Positions 46,178 through 54,818 of a DNA stretch of 64,000 nt are shown here, piece after piece (within the stretch, counting starts at the first letter, position 1; each line of letters starts with the position of its first letter). Under the pieces are notes generated by a model. That model was not told the DNA's origin and ran no database searches. It was given only the letters and a program-made list of their open reading frames with translations. The position numbers and the translations under genes were made by a program. The DNA comes from Chloroflexaceae bacterium (GTDB lineage: Bacteria > Chloroflexota > Chloroflexia > Chloroflexales > Chloroflexaceae), in the NCBI GenBank assembly GCA_034436975.1, contig DAOTUE010000011.1, positions 68,079-132,078 on the forward strand. The letters are read 5' to 3'.

Positions 46178-46606
46178 ATGGAGTGTATCGAAATCAATAT
46201 ACCTTCTAACCTGCTTTTTGAACGGGTCGTGCGGGCCAGCGCAGCCGAACTCGCCCACACGCAGGGGTTTACCCAGGATCGCATTGAGGATCTCAAACTG
46301 GCTATCAGCGAGGCCGTCACCAACGCGATTGAGCATGGCAATGAGGGAACGGAGAGTAAGCTCGTTGCTGTTGTGTTTACCCTCGACAACCAGAAACTTG
46401 AGGTTCGCATTACGGACCAGGGGGTAGGGGTAGAAAAAATCAATACCGACCGCCGTATTGTTGAAGAGCAAAACCTCGAAGAAGGAAAACTGCGTGGTTT
46501 TGGGATGTATTTGATAGGCGCGCTGGTAGACGATTGGGATGTTATTTCGTCTGAGGATGGTACTATGATTACGCTACGATTTTATCGGGAGGAGAAGGCA
46601 GAATGA
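46178..46606 (+). CDS. RsbW/SpoIIAB-type anti-sigma-factor-like serine kinase (HATPase_c)
   Basis: ISEAVTNAIEHGN N-box and GFGMYLI G-box-like motif, ~140 aa. ATGA overlap with the downstream STAS gene. Confidence 0.7.
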   Translation: MECIEINIPSNLLFERVVRASAAELAHTQGFTQDRIEDLKLAISEAVTNAIEHGNEGTESKLVAVVFTLDNQKLEVRITDQGVGVEKINTDRRIVEEQNLEEGKLRGFGMYLIGALVDDWDVISSEDGTMITLRFYREEKAE

Positions 46607-46929
46607 GCGACGTTGTCAACCGCGAAGAATTTGGCGAAGTTGTCGTTTTGCATATCCGCACCAACAGCATTGATGCGGTATCTGCCGCCGCCATCGAGCA
46701 AGATTGTTCCGATATGCGCCCGATTACCGTACTTGATTTTCAGGAAGTTGCGTTTATCAATTCTGCTGGTATTTCGGTTCTTCTCAAATTTGTTGTGCGG
46801 GCGCGGAAGTCTGGCTACAAGTTGTTTGCAATGAACCTCAGCCCGCACCACCAGAAACTTTTTAAGATGGTTGAGATGTCGCGGTTTATGCCGACGATTG
46901 AGGAGCGAGACCTGGCGGCGTATCGGTAG
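46603..46929 (+). CDS. STAS-domain anti-sigma-factor antagonist (RsbV/SpoIIAA-like)
   Basis: 108 aa. FQEVAFINSAGISVLL carries the conserved phosphorylatable Ser context. Confidence 0.7.
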   Translation: MSDVVNREEFGEVVVLHIRTNSIDAVSAAAIEQDCSDMRPITVLDFQEVAFINSAGISVLLKFVVRARKSGYKLFAMNLSPHHQKLFKMVEMSRFMPTIEERDLAAYR

Positions 46930-46992
46930 GAAAACAGGGAAACCGCTTCGCTCGGTCTTCCCGTCATGGCAAGAAGGACAAAATCCAGCCAC

Positions 46993-48297
46993 TTAGCCAG
47001 ACAGCAGGCCGCAGGTTGTGTAGACCGCTCTCACCTGGGCATATTTGCGGTCCCAGGTCATCTCTTCCAATACTGTCGTATATCCCTGTTCTCCCAACAT
47101 GCGGGCGTATTCCCGCTCGTGGAGCAACCGCTCTATGGTGTGGGAGAGTTCGTCCACTGCGCCAAATGGCACAAGTAGCCCGTTGGTGCCGTGGGTGACA
47201 ACATCGGGAACGCCCCCCGCCCACGCGCCGATCACCGGCACGCGGTAGAGCCACGCCTCCAGGTAGACAATCCCGAAGCTGTCGGTTCGGGAAGGCAACA
47301 CAAAGACATCGGCGGCGGCCAGCGCATCGCGTTTTGTTTGGTCGTCCACAAAGCCGAGAATCCGCATGCGGGCGCGGTCGTGGGGGGGGAGCCGCTGGCA
47401 AAACTGCTGGAAGTGTTCCATTTGGGGACCAATCTGCACCCAGGTTGCCCCGGCTTCGCTGGCATCCCCGCCTTGCTGCTCCCTGGCCCACAAGTGCTGC
47501 ATGGCCTCGACAACGTGGATTGTCCCCTTGTCGTAAGCTGCCACCCCGATGGTCAATACCAGTGGCCCGCTGATGCGGTGTTCGCGGCGAAACCGTTCGC
47601 CATCGCCCCCCGCCAGTTCCTGGGGGGCAACGCCAACCCCCACGGTGTGGAGCGACGATGCGGGCACCCCGGCCTGTTGCAAAAAGGTTCGTTCGCGCCC
47701 GGTCTGCGCGATAACGGCCCGGCAGCGGCGCAGGAGGTCTATCTGGTGGGGCATGGCGTAGTAGCGCAGAATGCGGCGATTGTCCGGCTCGCCCAGGTGG
47801 ACAAACGGTGTGCAGATGTGGGGGATAGCTCGCTGTTCGGCCCATCGCAGGATTGGTACCAGGAAAAAGTCGAGCGTGATATTGGTGGTGTGGATCAGCG
47901 CAACATCGGCCAGGGTTGCGCCTTCGAGATAGGTGAGCAGGCCGGGCACCCGCGGGGTCAGCGAGGCCAGCCGATAGAGCAGCGGAATGGCGAGATGGTT
48001 TTTTGCCGGCAGTCGCGAGATTTCAACCATCAGGCGGCGGAGCACCGGGTAGAGCAGGGCGGGGCCCGGCACCCGCTTCACGGGGAAGCGCACCACCTCC
48101 ACGCCATTGTGGGTGTCGGTGTGGCTCTCGATGTGCTTGCGCCCCGATAGCCAGAGGTGCTCCAGGTCAAAAGCGTTGGTAGCTATGGTGGTGACGCGGT
48201 GTCCCTCGCGGACGAGCCGTTCGCTCACCTCGACAAAGTAGCGGGCCGCCCCGCTCGGAACCGGGCGGTAGAGCTGCACCGCGTGGAGAATGTGCAT
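46993..48297 (-). CDS. Glycosyltransferase family 4 (GT-B, GT1/GT4 type)
   Basis: ATG at 48297 (MHILHAVQLY) with an AAGAGGA RBS. The C-terminal PSRTDSFGIVYLEAWLYRVPVIGAWAGGVPDVV motif is typical of GT4. Confidence 0.8.
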   Translation of the reverse strand: MHILHAVQLYRPVPSGAARYFVEVSERLVREGHRVTTIATNAFDLEHLWLSGRKHIESHTDTHNGVEVVRFPVKRVPGPALLYPVLRRLMVEISRLPAKNHLAIPLLYRLASLTPRVPGLLTYLEGATLADVALIHTTNITLDFFLVPILRWAEQRAIPHICTPFVHLGEPDNRRILRYYAMPHQIDLLRRCRAVIAQTGRERTFLQQAGVPASSLHTVGVGVAPQELAGGDGERFRREHRISGPLVLTIGVAAYDKGTIHVVEAMQHLWAREQQGGDASEAGATWVQIGPQMEHFQQFCQRLPPHDRARMRILGFVDDQTKRDALAAADVFVLPSRTDSFGIVYLEAWLYRVPVIGAWAGGVPDVVTHGTNGLLVPFGAVDELSHTIERLLHEREYARMLGEQGYTTVLEEMTWDRKYAQVRAVYTTCGLLSG

Positions 48298-48316
48298 AAT
48301 CCCGCGTCCTCTTTCG

Positions 48317-48469
48317 TTAAGAAGTGAATGGACTCCTTTCATCCATTGCTTCAAGTGCTTCAAGGATAGGGCGGAACAACTTCCACATGTACCGCTCCGT
48401 TTTCCACAACATAAACCATATGCTGCCAACGGCTATAAAACCAGCAGAAATCAGCAATAGCCATTCCAT
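48317..48469 (-). CDS. Possible small membrane protein (50 aa), below the ORF-track cutoff
   Basis: Hand translation: MEWLLLISAGFIAVGSIWFMLWKTERYMWKLFRPILEALEAMDERSPFTS. One TM helix plus a charged tail. It starts 3 nt after the preceding small ORF. Confidence 0.3.
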   Translation of the reverse strand: MEWLLLISAGFIAVGSIWFMLWKTERYMWKLFRPILEALEAMDERSPFTS

Positions 48470-48472
48470 GTA

Positions 48473-48625
48473 TTACCGCCCATTCCTTCCAAGAGTTGCT
48501 GGTAGCGTGCGTTTCCGGAGTTCTGCTGCTATGAGTTCCAGCTTTTTCTGGCACCAGATGATAACTATCAAAGCCCCAACAACCAGGCCCAACAGGAAAC
48601 TACGCAGTATCCATATGACGATCAT
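48473..48625 (-). CDS. Possible small membrane protein (50 aa), below the ORF-track cutoff
   Basis: Hand translation: MIVIWILRSFLLGLVVGALIVIIWCQKKLELIAAELRKRTLPATLGRNGR. GGAGTGAG sits directly upstream of the ATG. Confidence 0.3.
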   Translation of the reverse strand: MIVIWILRSFLLGLVVGALIVIIWCQKKLELIAAELRKRTLPATLGRNGR

Positions 48626-48787
48626 CTCACTCCTATTCTACCATCAGCCAGGAAACGAGCAAACGACAGATCCTTGCACACCAGATATCCCCCTGCTCAT
48701 TGCCTGCGGGCAGGCTGAGACCACCTGCGCTTCCCTGGCACCCGACCCCTGTTTGCCTTCTTTGCGGTTCAAAAACCGGTTCTGGTA

Positions 48788-49186
48788 TCAGGCCGTTCTC
48801 GGCGCACGCAGGTCCCACCCTTTTGAGATGACCTGCCCGCTTCCCCCGTAGTCGTAGACAAAGATGACGGGTACTTCGTGGTCGGGGTTGTATTTCTCTA
48901 TTTCTTCTCTGGCACTCTCCGAAGGATTGCCGGCCTCAACGAGGTCGGGGTAGGTGAGGTAGTAGAGCGGCGGCATACTGCTAGATCGCCATCCCAACCC
49001 GCCGCGCAGGTCGAAGAGCAGCGTCCCGCGCCCGCGCCGGCGGTACTGCTCGTAGGCAAGGTTTAGCAAATCTTCTGCCATCAACTGGAGAAACGTATGC
49101 TCAATATCCTCGTCTTTTGCCCAGGGATCGTGGATCAGGGTTTGCAGGTGGTCCAGGGCCCGACGGATCTGGTCTTCATTCATCAT
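48788..49186 (-). CDS. Hypothetical protein (~132 aa), partner gene overlapping the DUF4058 gene
   Basis: ORF 48788..49276. The ATGATG at 49186/49183 overlaps the end of the upstream gene. No motif recognised. Confidence 0.5.
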   Translation of the reverse strand: MMNEDQIRRALDHLQTLIHDPWAKDEDIEHTFLQLMAEDLLNLAYEQYRRRGRGTLLFDLRGGLGWRSSSMPPLYYLTYPDLVEAGNPSESAREEIEKYNPDHEVPVIFVYDYGGSGQVISKGWDLRAPRTA

Positions 49187-50024
49187 AGGTTTTTTTCTCC
49201 TCCATATTCGGAAAGGTTGAGGGTTTTTCCGGCTCTCGAAAAGGGGCCAGTACATTCGCAAGCCAGGCCTGGTCATCGTCGCTCAGGTCCGGCGGTGGTG
49301 GGGGAACGGTGTAGTCAAGCAATCGTTGATAGCCAACCAGATCGAAGCATGTGCCAATAGCTGCTTGCAAATCGAGTGGGACATCGGGGTCGGGCAGCAG
49401 CAGCGGCACGGGGATTGTCGGGAGCGGGTTTTGCAATGCAAGTGGCCAGACCTGAGTATAGGGACGGCGAGAAGCCCGGCTCAGGTAGACGTAGTAGGGG
49501 GCGGGGGGCGGCTCGGTCGCCAGACGAATACGCTGTCCGCGGCGCAGCAGATCAATCTCCAGAAGGTGGGTGTGGCTTTGCAATACGGCAATCCTTTGCT
49601 GCTCATAGTCTCGTGCCCCATCCCCCTGTTTATTCGCTGGCGAGAGCAGCTCAATGATTGTCACCAACCGACGATGAGCAATATCGCGGATTTCGATGTG
49701 TACCTGTGGGACCTCTTCGGGGATGAGACTGGAAATTTCAACTTCGGTTGCGGCAATGGCAAACTGGGTATGTTGTTTGGCCGCGAGTGATGATGATGAA
49801 TGGGCACCCCCCACATCAGGATAGATGGCCCGTCCTGGTATTGTGTCCCAATTTTCGAGTGTTGGCGAGAGATCTATGACATAGCGTTTGCCAAGCAAAG
49901 CAACGTATTTTGGTGTGAGCAGGGGCATAAGTTGGGCGCGGATAGCCCCTGCAAGCGTTTGATGAAACTCTTGCCACAGGTCGCCCTCAAGGTATGGGTC
50001 CATGCCGGGGAAGGGGGATGACAT
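49176..50024 (-). CDS. DUF4058-family protein (Uma2/PD-(D/E)xK-like core)
   Basis: MSSPFPGMDPYLEG N-terminus, IEIRD...VTIIELLSPANK and HLLEIDLLRRG motifs characteristic of DUF4058. AGAGGAA RBS. Confidence 0.7.
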   Translation of the reverse strand: MSSPFPGMDPYLEGDLWQEFHQTLAGAIRAQLMPLLTPKYVALLGKRYVIDLSPTLENWDTIPGRAIYPDVGGAHSSSSLAAKQHTQFAIAATEVEISSLIPEEVPQVHIEIRDIAHRRLVTIIELLSPANKQGDGARDYEQQRIAVLQSHTHLLEIDLLRRGQRIRLATEPPPAPYYVYLSRASRRPYTQVWPLALQNPLPTIPVPLLLPDPDVPLDLQAAIGTCFDLVGYQRLLDYTVPPPPPDLSDDDQAWLANVLAPFREPEKPSTFPNMEEKKTYDE

Positions 50025-50061
50025 TATCGTTTCCTCTCTCACCTGTCACGCATCACTGGTA

Positions 50062-51456
50062 TTACCCCTCCAGCAGCAGCGTCTCCGGGTCCTCCAGCAT
50101 CTCCTTGATGCGGACCAGAAACCGCACCGCGACGCTCCCATCCACAATGCGATGGTCGTAGCTCAGCGCAAGGTACATCATCGGGCGGACAGTAATTTCG
50201 CCATTGATGACAACCGGCCGTTCCTCAATCTTGTGCATCCCCAGAATGCCCACCTGTGGCGTGTTCAAGATAGGCGTGGACATGAGCGAGCCGTAGATGC
50301 CGCCGTTGGTGATGCTAAAGGTACCGCCCTGGAGGTCTTCCAGCGTCAGCGTATTGTCGCGGGTGTGACGGGCCAGGTCGGCAATGCCCTGCTCTATCTG
50401 GGCGAAGGTCTTGCGGTCCGCATCGCGCAACACGGGCACAACCAACCCCTGCTCGGTGCCGACGGCAATGCCAAGATCGTAGTAGTGCTTGATGACAATC
50501 TCATCGCCCTGGATTTCTGCATTGAGCATCGGGAAGGCCTTGAGGGCCCCGATACAGGCCTTCACAAAAAACGACATGAAGCCCAGGCTAACCCCATGCA
50601 GTTCCTTGAACTGTTCGCGGCGGCGTTTGCGAATATCTACCACTGCGCCCAGGTCAACCTCGTTGAAGGTGGTCAGCATAGCGGCGGTGTGCTGCGCTTC
50701 GACCAGCCGGCGGGCGATGGTCTGGCGGCGGCGCGACATCCGCACGCGCTCTTCGCGGTGGTCGGGGCCGGCCCCGCTTTCCCCAACCGGGGCGGGTGGG
50801 GCAGGCGTGGTGGGCCCAGGTGGCGTGGGAGCAGGGATACGTTCCTGGGGATGCACAGCGGCTTGAGCATCGGTGTGCTGGCCGGTGCTGCTCACGGGCC
50901 GGGGGGGATGCTCCACAATGCGCTCTCTGGCTTTCTGTTGCAACATATGCTCCAGCACATCCTCTTTTGTCACCCGTCCGCCGGCCCCGCTCCCCTGCAC
51001 CTGCTGGATGTCCACCTCGTTTTCGGCGGCCATTTGCAACGCAACGGGCGTGGCGTGGGCTTCGTCTGCCGTGGTGGGCTGTTGGGCTGGCTGTGGTTGC
51101 AGGGCTGGCGGGGGCGATGGGTCTCCCCCGTTGCCCTGGCCATCCTGCCCACTGGTGGGGGCCGGCTGCCCCCGGCCCTGCTCACTGGCGGAGGGGGGCT
51201 GTCCCCGGCCCTGCTCACTGGCTCCGTCAACAATACCAAGCACATCGCCAATCGTCACGGTTTCGCCTTCGGCTTTCGCAATGGAGACCAGAACCCCCGC
51301 TTGCTCGGCGGGAATCTCCAGGTTTACCTTATCGGTTTCAATCTCAAGCAGCGGTTCGCCCGCTGCCACTGCATCCCCCTCTTGCTTGAGCCACTGGCTG
51401 ATGGTTGCCTCGACAATAGACTCGCCCAACGATGGGACGCGAATTTCAATGGCCAT
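50062..51456 (-). CDS. sucB: Dihydrolipoyllysine-residue succinyltransferase (E2 of 2-oxoglutarate dehydrogenase)
   Basis: The N-terminal lipoyl domain ([15 protein letters not shown]) contains the lipoyl-lysine. Catalytic C-terminus ([10 protein letters not shown]). Sits adjacent to sucA. Confidence 0.85.
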   Translation of the reverse strand: MAIEIRVPSLGESIVEATISQWLKQEGDAVAAGEPLLEIETDKVNLEIPAEQAGVLVSIAKAEGETVTIGDVLGIVDGASEQGRGQPPSASEQGRGQPAPTSGQDGQGNGGDPSPPPALQPQPAQQPTTADEAHATPVALQMAAENEVDIQQVQGSGAGGRVTKEDVLEHMLQQKARERIVEHPPRPVSSTGQHTDAQAAVHPQERIPAPTPPGPTTPAPPAPVGESGAGPDHREERVRMSRRRQTIARRLVEAQHTAAMLTTFNEVDLGAVVDIRKRRREQFKELHGVSLGFMSFFVKACIGALKAFPMLNAEIQGDEIVIKHYYDLGIAVGTEQGLVVPVLRDADRKTFAQIEQGIADLARHTRDNTLTLEDLQGGTFSITNGGIYGSLMSTPILNTPQVGILGMHKIEERPVVINGEITVRPMMYLALSYDHRIVDGSVAVRFLVRIKEMLEDPETLLLEG

Positions 51457-51571
51457 ATCGTGATAACTCCTATCTCCTAATTATTCAGGTTTACAGAAAT
51501 AGCCCGTAAAGCCCAGGTGCTTTAGCCCTGGGATATAAGGGCTTTCTCTGCTTCAGCCGCTTTAGATTGCC

Positions 51572-51601
51572 TTGCATACTTGTTCCAAAATATGGTATAA
51601 T
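51572..51601 (+). promoter_or_regulatory. Candidate plus-strand promoter in the sucA-sucB spacer, reading into repeat C2 (antisense to sucAB)
   Basis: TTGCAT (51572-51577), 18 nt, TATAAT (51596-51601), preceded by TGG (TGGTATAAT). Confidence 0.35.
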
Positions 51602-51623
51602 TTCCCCCTAAGGCGGGGGCACC

Positions 51624-51690
51624 GCCTTCAGACGCAAACCTTCCCGGTGGGGAGGGTTGTCTGAGAAGCCCAATCCTTTAGGATTGGGAG
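51624..51690 (+). repeat. Family-C repeat, copy C2
   Basis: Nearly identical to 3474-3546. The hairpin CCCAATCCTTTAGGATTGGG abuts the sucA stop codon. Confidence 0.8.
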
Positions 51691-51693
51691 TTG

Positions 51694-54600
51694 TCACAAC
51701 ACAACTTCACGCAATATGCGGGCCTGCTCCTGCTGATGCTGGCTGAGCGTTCCCTCGGCGGGGCTAGAAAACTCGGGCCGCCCACAGTAGCGGATAGCAA
51801 TACCCGCGCCAGTGTGTGTAGTAATGCGACCCACCAGGTCGCGCAACCGTGGCTCAATATAGCTCCAGGCCCCCATATTCTGTGGTTCCTCTTGCAACCA
51901 GACAATCTCTTTGAGATTGTGGTAGTTGCGGATGATACCATCCAGGTCGGTTGCTGGGAAGGGGTAGAGTTCCTCTATCCGAGCCGCGGCAACGCCCGGC
52001 GGCAGGTGGTGCTCCGATGGGTTGCGTTCGCTGCGCTCTCTGTCGGAATAGGCTCCGGAGATCAGGTCTACAAACACCTTGCCGCTACACAGAATCAGGC
52101 GGGTTATATCTCCGCTGGACTGGTCGGGCGCGGCTATGGGGCCAAGCACCGGCTGGAAGCGGCCCTCGGCCAGGTCGTCGAGCGACGAAGCGGCATCGGG
52201 GTGGCGCAACAAACTTTTGGGAGTCAGCACGACAAGCGGGCGCGGGTCGCTCTGGAGTGTCATGGCCTGCCGCCGCAGCAGGTGGAAGTATTGCGCGGCA
52301 GTGGTGCAGTTGACCACGCGGATATTGTTTTCCGCGGCAAGCTGCAAGAACCGCTCCAACCGTGCGCTCGAATGCTCCGGCCCCTGCCCTTCGTAGCCGT
52401 GGGGCAGCAGCAGCACAAGAGCCGGGGTTTGCCCCCATTTGGTTGCCCCTGACACAATAAACTGGTCAATTACTACCTGCGCACCATTGCAAAAATCGCC
52501 AAACTGTGCCTCCCAGAGCACGAGCACGCCCGGCGCGTGGGAGCTGTAGCCATATTCAAACCCCAGGGCCCCATTTTCCGAGAGGGGGCTGTTGTAGACG
52601 GCAAACGAGGCGCGGGCCTGGGGGAGCGATTGCAGCGGAATAGTGCGGCGGCCACTCTCCTGGTTGTGCAGCACAAGGTGACGCTGGCTAAAGGTCCCGC
52701 GCTCTGCATCCTGGCCGGTCAGACGAATCGGCACGCCCATTGCCAGGATAGTCGCAAAGGCCAGCGTTTCGGCGTGGCCCCAGTCAATCCCGCCCGGCTC
52801 CTGCACCGAGGCAAAGCGACGCTGGATCTGTCGCTCCAGCTTGGGCAAAATAGCTGCATCACTGACGCGGGCCGCTATTGCGTCGTTTAGCTCAAGCAGC
52901 CACGAGCGGGAGATGGGATGCAGCTCGGCAAGGGAACGATGGCGCAACGTGCTCACGGAGACCGCCATAGTTGCCTCAATCCGTCCCCCCTTCTCGACTT
53001 CCTGAAGCGCACGTTGCAGGCGGTTCTTCACTGCGTTCATTGCGGCTTGCGCCTTCTCAGGGGTAATAATTTCCTCCTGCTCCAGCTTCTCGGCCCATAT
53101 CTGCCGCACTGTTGGATGGTCTGCAATGTGCTCATACATTGTCGGCTGCGTATACATTGGCTCGTCGCCTTCGTTGTGCCCCCAACGGCGGTAGCCCACC
53201 AGGTCAACCAAGAAATCTTTGTGGAAATGTTCGCGGTAGGCCCAGGCCATCCGTGCTGCGGCAATGCAGGCGTGGGGGTCATCCGCATTCACATGCACAA
53301 TAGGGATACCAAACCCTTTGGCCAGGTCGCTGGCATAGAGTGTCGAGCGGGAGTCGAGCCAGTCGGTGGTAAAGCCAATCTGGTTGTTGATGATAATGTG
53401 GATGGTGCCGCCAACGTGGTATCCGGACAGGCGCGAGAGGTTGAGCGTTTCGGCAACAATCCCCTGCCCCGGAAACGACGCATCCCCGTGGATGAGCACG
53501 GGCAGCGAGGCATTGCGGTCCCTGGTGGGCGCGCCGGGTTGGTCGCACCGCTCCTGGACGGCTCGCGCCCGCCCTGCAACGACCGGGTTGACCGCTTCGA
53601 GATGACTGGGGTTCGGGGCCAGCGTCACCGGCATTTCAAAGATCCCCCCCTCGCGGTAGGCGCGGCGGGCCCCCAGATGATACTTCACATCGCCCGTCCA
53701 GCCGAGGTAGGTTGCCTTGTTGTAATAGTTCGGGCCCTGAAACTCGGCCAGGATCGCGCTATAGGGCTTGCCCAGCACATGCGCCAGCACATTGAGCCGC
53801 CCGCGGTGGGCCATCCCAATAACCACCTCGTGCGTGCCGGCCAGAGCCGCATTGTGGATAATCGAATCGAGGATAGGCACCAGCATATCATTTCCCTCAA
53901 TCGAAAACCGTTTCTGGCCGGGGTAAGTCTGGTGGAGAAACCGCTCGAACATCTCCACCTCTGTCAACCGTTCGAGAATTTCCCGCTGATACTCCCCGTT
54001 GAAATCGTGGAAAAAACGCTGTGTTTCGGCAGACTCGCGCACCCAGGCCCGCTCTGCATGCACCTGGACATGGTCATCCTCGTAGCCGATGGTCCCACAA
54101 TAAATCTGCCGCATCAGCTCAATGGCTTCAAGCGCATTGGCGGCCTGCTTTGCCACCGGGCTACGTACCACTTCGGCGGGAAGCTCTCGCAACTTCTCTG
54201 CGCTCAACCCCTGCGTTTCAAGATCGAGGCCAGGGTCGCCGGGTGGCGGGGTGCCAAGCGGGTCTATCTGCGCCGCCAGGTGCCCGATTTCGCGGATGAA
54301 GCGATTCAAACGGGCCGCGCTCACAATGTCGGGGATGTGGTATTCGGCAATCTCTCCGATAGCCCGCCCTCCCTCGCTATCGGCAGGGTCAGTCACATCG
54401 GCGGCAGGGTGCGGCACAATGGGGGCAGCAGACGGAGAAACTGTGGACACAGCAGGCCGAGGAGCGGGTTGCTGCGTCCGGGTTGGCTTATCTCGTGTGG
54501 CGATACCGTCGTGCTGACTTGTGTCGGGCCCGGGCACTGCGGGAGCAGTCCGGGCGGGGGGAGCATCTCCGTGGAACCCGTCGGTTTCTGGCTTCCAGTT

Positions 54601-54708
54601 CTCGAAGTAAGCGCGGGTCGCAGCATCAACAGATTGAGGATTTTCCTGGTAGCGTTCGTACAATTCCAGTAGATAGCCCGCGTTGGGGCCATGAAAAGCA
54701 GTAGACAT
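51694..54708 (-). CDS. sucA: 2-oxoglutarate dehydrogenase E1 component
   Basis: 1004 aa. The N-terminus FHGPNAGYLLELYERYQENPQSVD is typical of SucA. It has a ThDP-binding region, and a low-complexity Pro/Ala insert follows the N-terminal helix. Confidence 0.9.
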   Translation of the reverse strand: MSTAFHGPNAGYLLELYERYQENPQSVDAATRAYFENWKPETDGFHGDAPPARTAPAVPGPDTSQHDGIATRDKPTRTQQPAPRPAVSTVSPSAAPIVPHPAADVTDPADSEGGRAIGEIAEYHIPDIVSAARLNRFIREIGHLAAQIDPLGTPPPGDPGLDLETQGLSAEKLRELPAEVVRSPVAKQAANALEAIELMRQIYCGTIGYEDDHVQVHAERAWVRESAETQRFFHDFNGEYQREILERLTEVEMFERFLHQTYPGQKRFSIEGNDMLVPILDSIIHNAALAGTHEVVIGMAHRGRLNVLAHVLGKPYSAILAEFQGPNYYNKATYLGWTGDVKYHLGARRAYREGGIFEMPVTLAPNPSHLEAVNPVVAGRARAVQERCDQPGAPTRDRNASLPVLIHGDASFPGQGIVAETLNLSRLSGYHVGGTIHIIINNQIGFTTDWLDSRSTLYASDLAKGFGIPIVHVNADDPHACIAAARMAWAYREHFHKDFLVDLVGYRRWGHNEGDEPMYTQPTMYEHIADHPTVRQIWAEKLEQEEIITPEKAQAAMNAVKNRLQRALQEVEKGGRIEATMAVSVSTLRHRSLAELHPISRSWLLELNDAIAARVSDAAILPKLERQIQRRFASVQEPGGIDWGHAETLAFATILAMGVPIRLTGQDAERGTFSQRHLVLHNQESGRRTIPLQSLPQARASFAVYNSPLSENGALGFEYGYSSHAPGVLVLWEAQFGDFCNGAQVVIDQFIVSGATKWGQTPALVLLLPHGYEGQGPEHSSARLERFLQLAAENNIRVVNCTTAAQYFHLLRRQAMTLQSDPRPLVVLTPKSLLRHPDAASSLDDLAEGRFQPVLGPIAAPDQSSGDITRLILCSGKVFVDLISGAYSDRERSERNPSEHHLPPGVAAARIEELYPFPATDLDGIIRNYHNLKEIVWLQEEPQNMGAWSYIEPRLRDLVGRITTHTGAGIAIRYCGRPEFSSPAEGTLSQHQQEQARILREVVL

Positions 54709-54747
54709 GGCAGCAATTCCTTTCCGACAGATACTTCAAGTATACCA

Positions 54748-54776
54748 TAGGTAGGCACTCCTGCCCGTGGTATAAT
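54748..54776 (+). promoter_or_regulatory. Candidate extended -10 promoter of the kinase-FGE gene
   Basis: TGGTATAAT at 54768-54776 (weak -35 TAGGTA, 17-nt spacer), 43 nt upstream of the ATG at 54819. Confidence 0.35.
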
Positions 54777-54818
54777 AAGGGGCATGGAACCACTCCTGCC
54801 CATAAGGAAATACCGTCT

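Noticed and set aside
46964-48150. ORFs 46964..47845 (minus, alternative frame) and 47191..48150 (plus) over the glycosyltransferase gene
   Set aside because: Their translations are Arg/Pro/Gly-rich, typical of off-frame high-GC DNA. The 46993..48297 frame has GT4 motifs.
48324-48851. 175-aa plus-strand ORF in the spacer between the GT4 gene and the DUF4058 module
   Set aside because: The translation is Ser/Pro/Arg-rich with no structure-like pattern. The minus strand offers two better mini-ORFs, and the end overlaps the 48788 gene.
50002-51480. 492-aa plus-strand ORF over sucB, and likewise 52918..54672 over sucA
   Set aside because: These are antisense shadows of two very well supported minus-strand genes.
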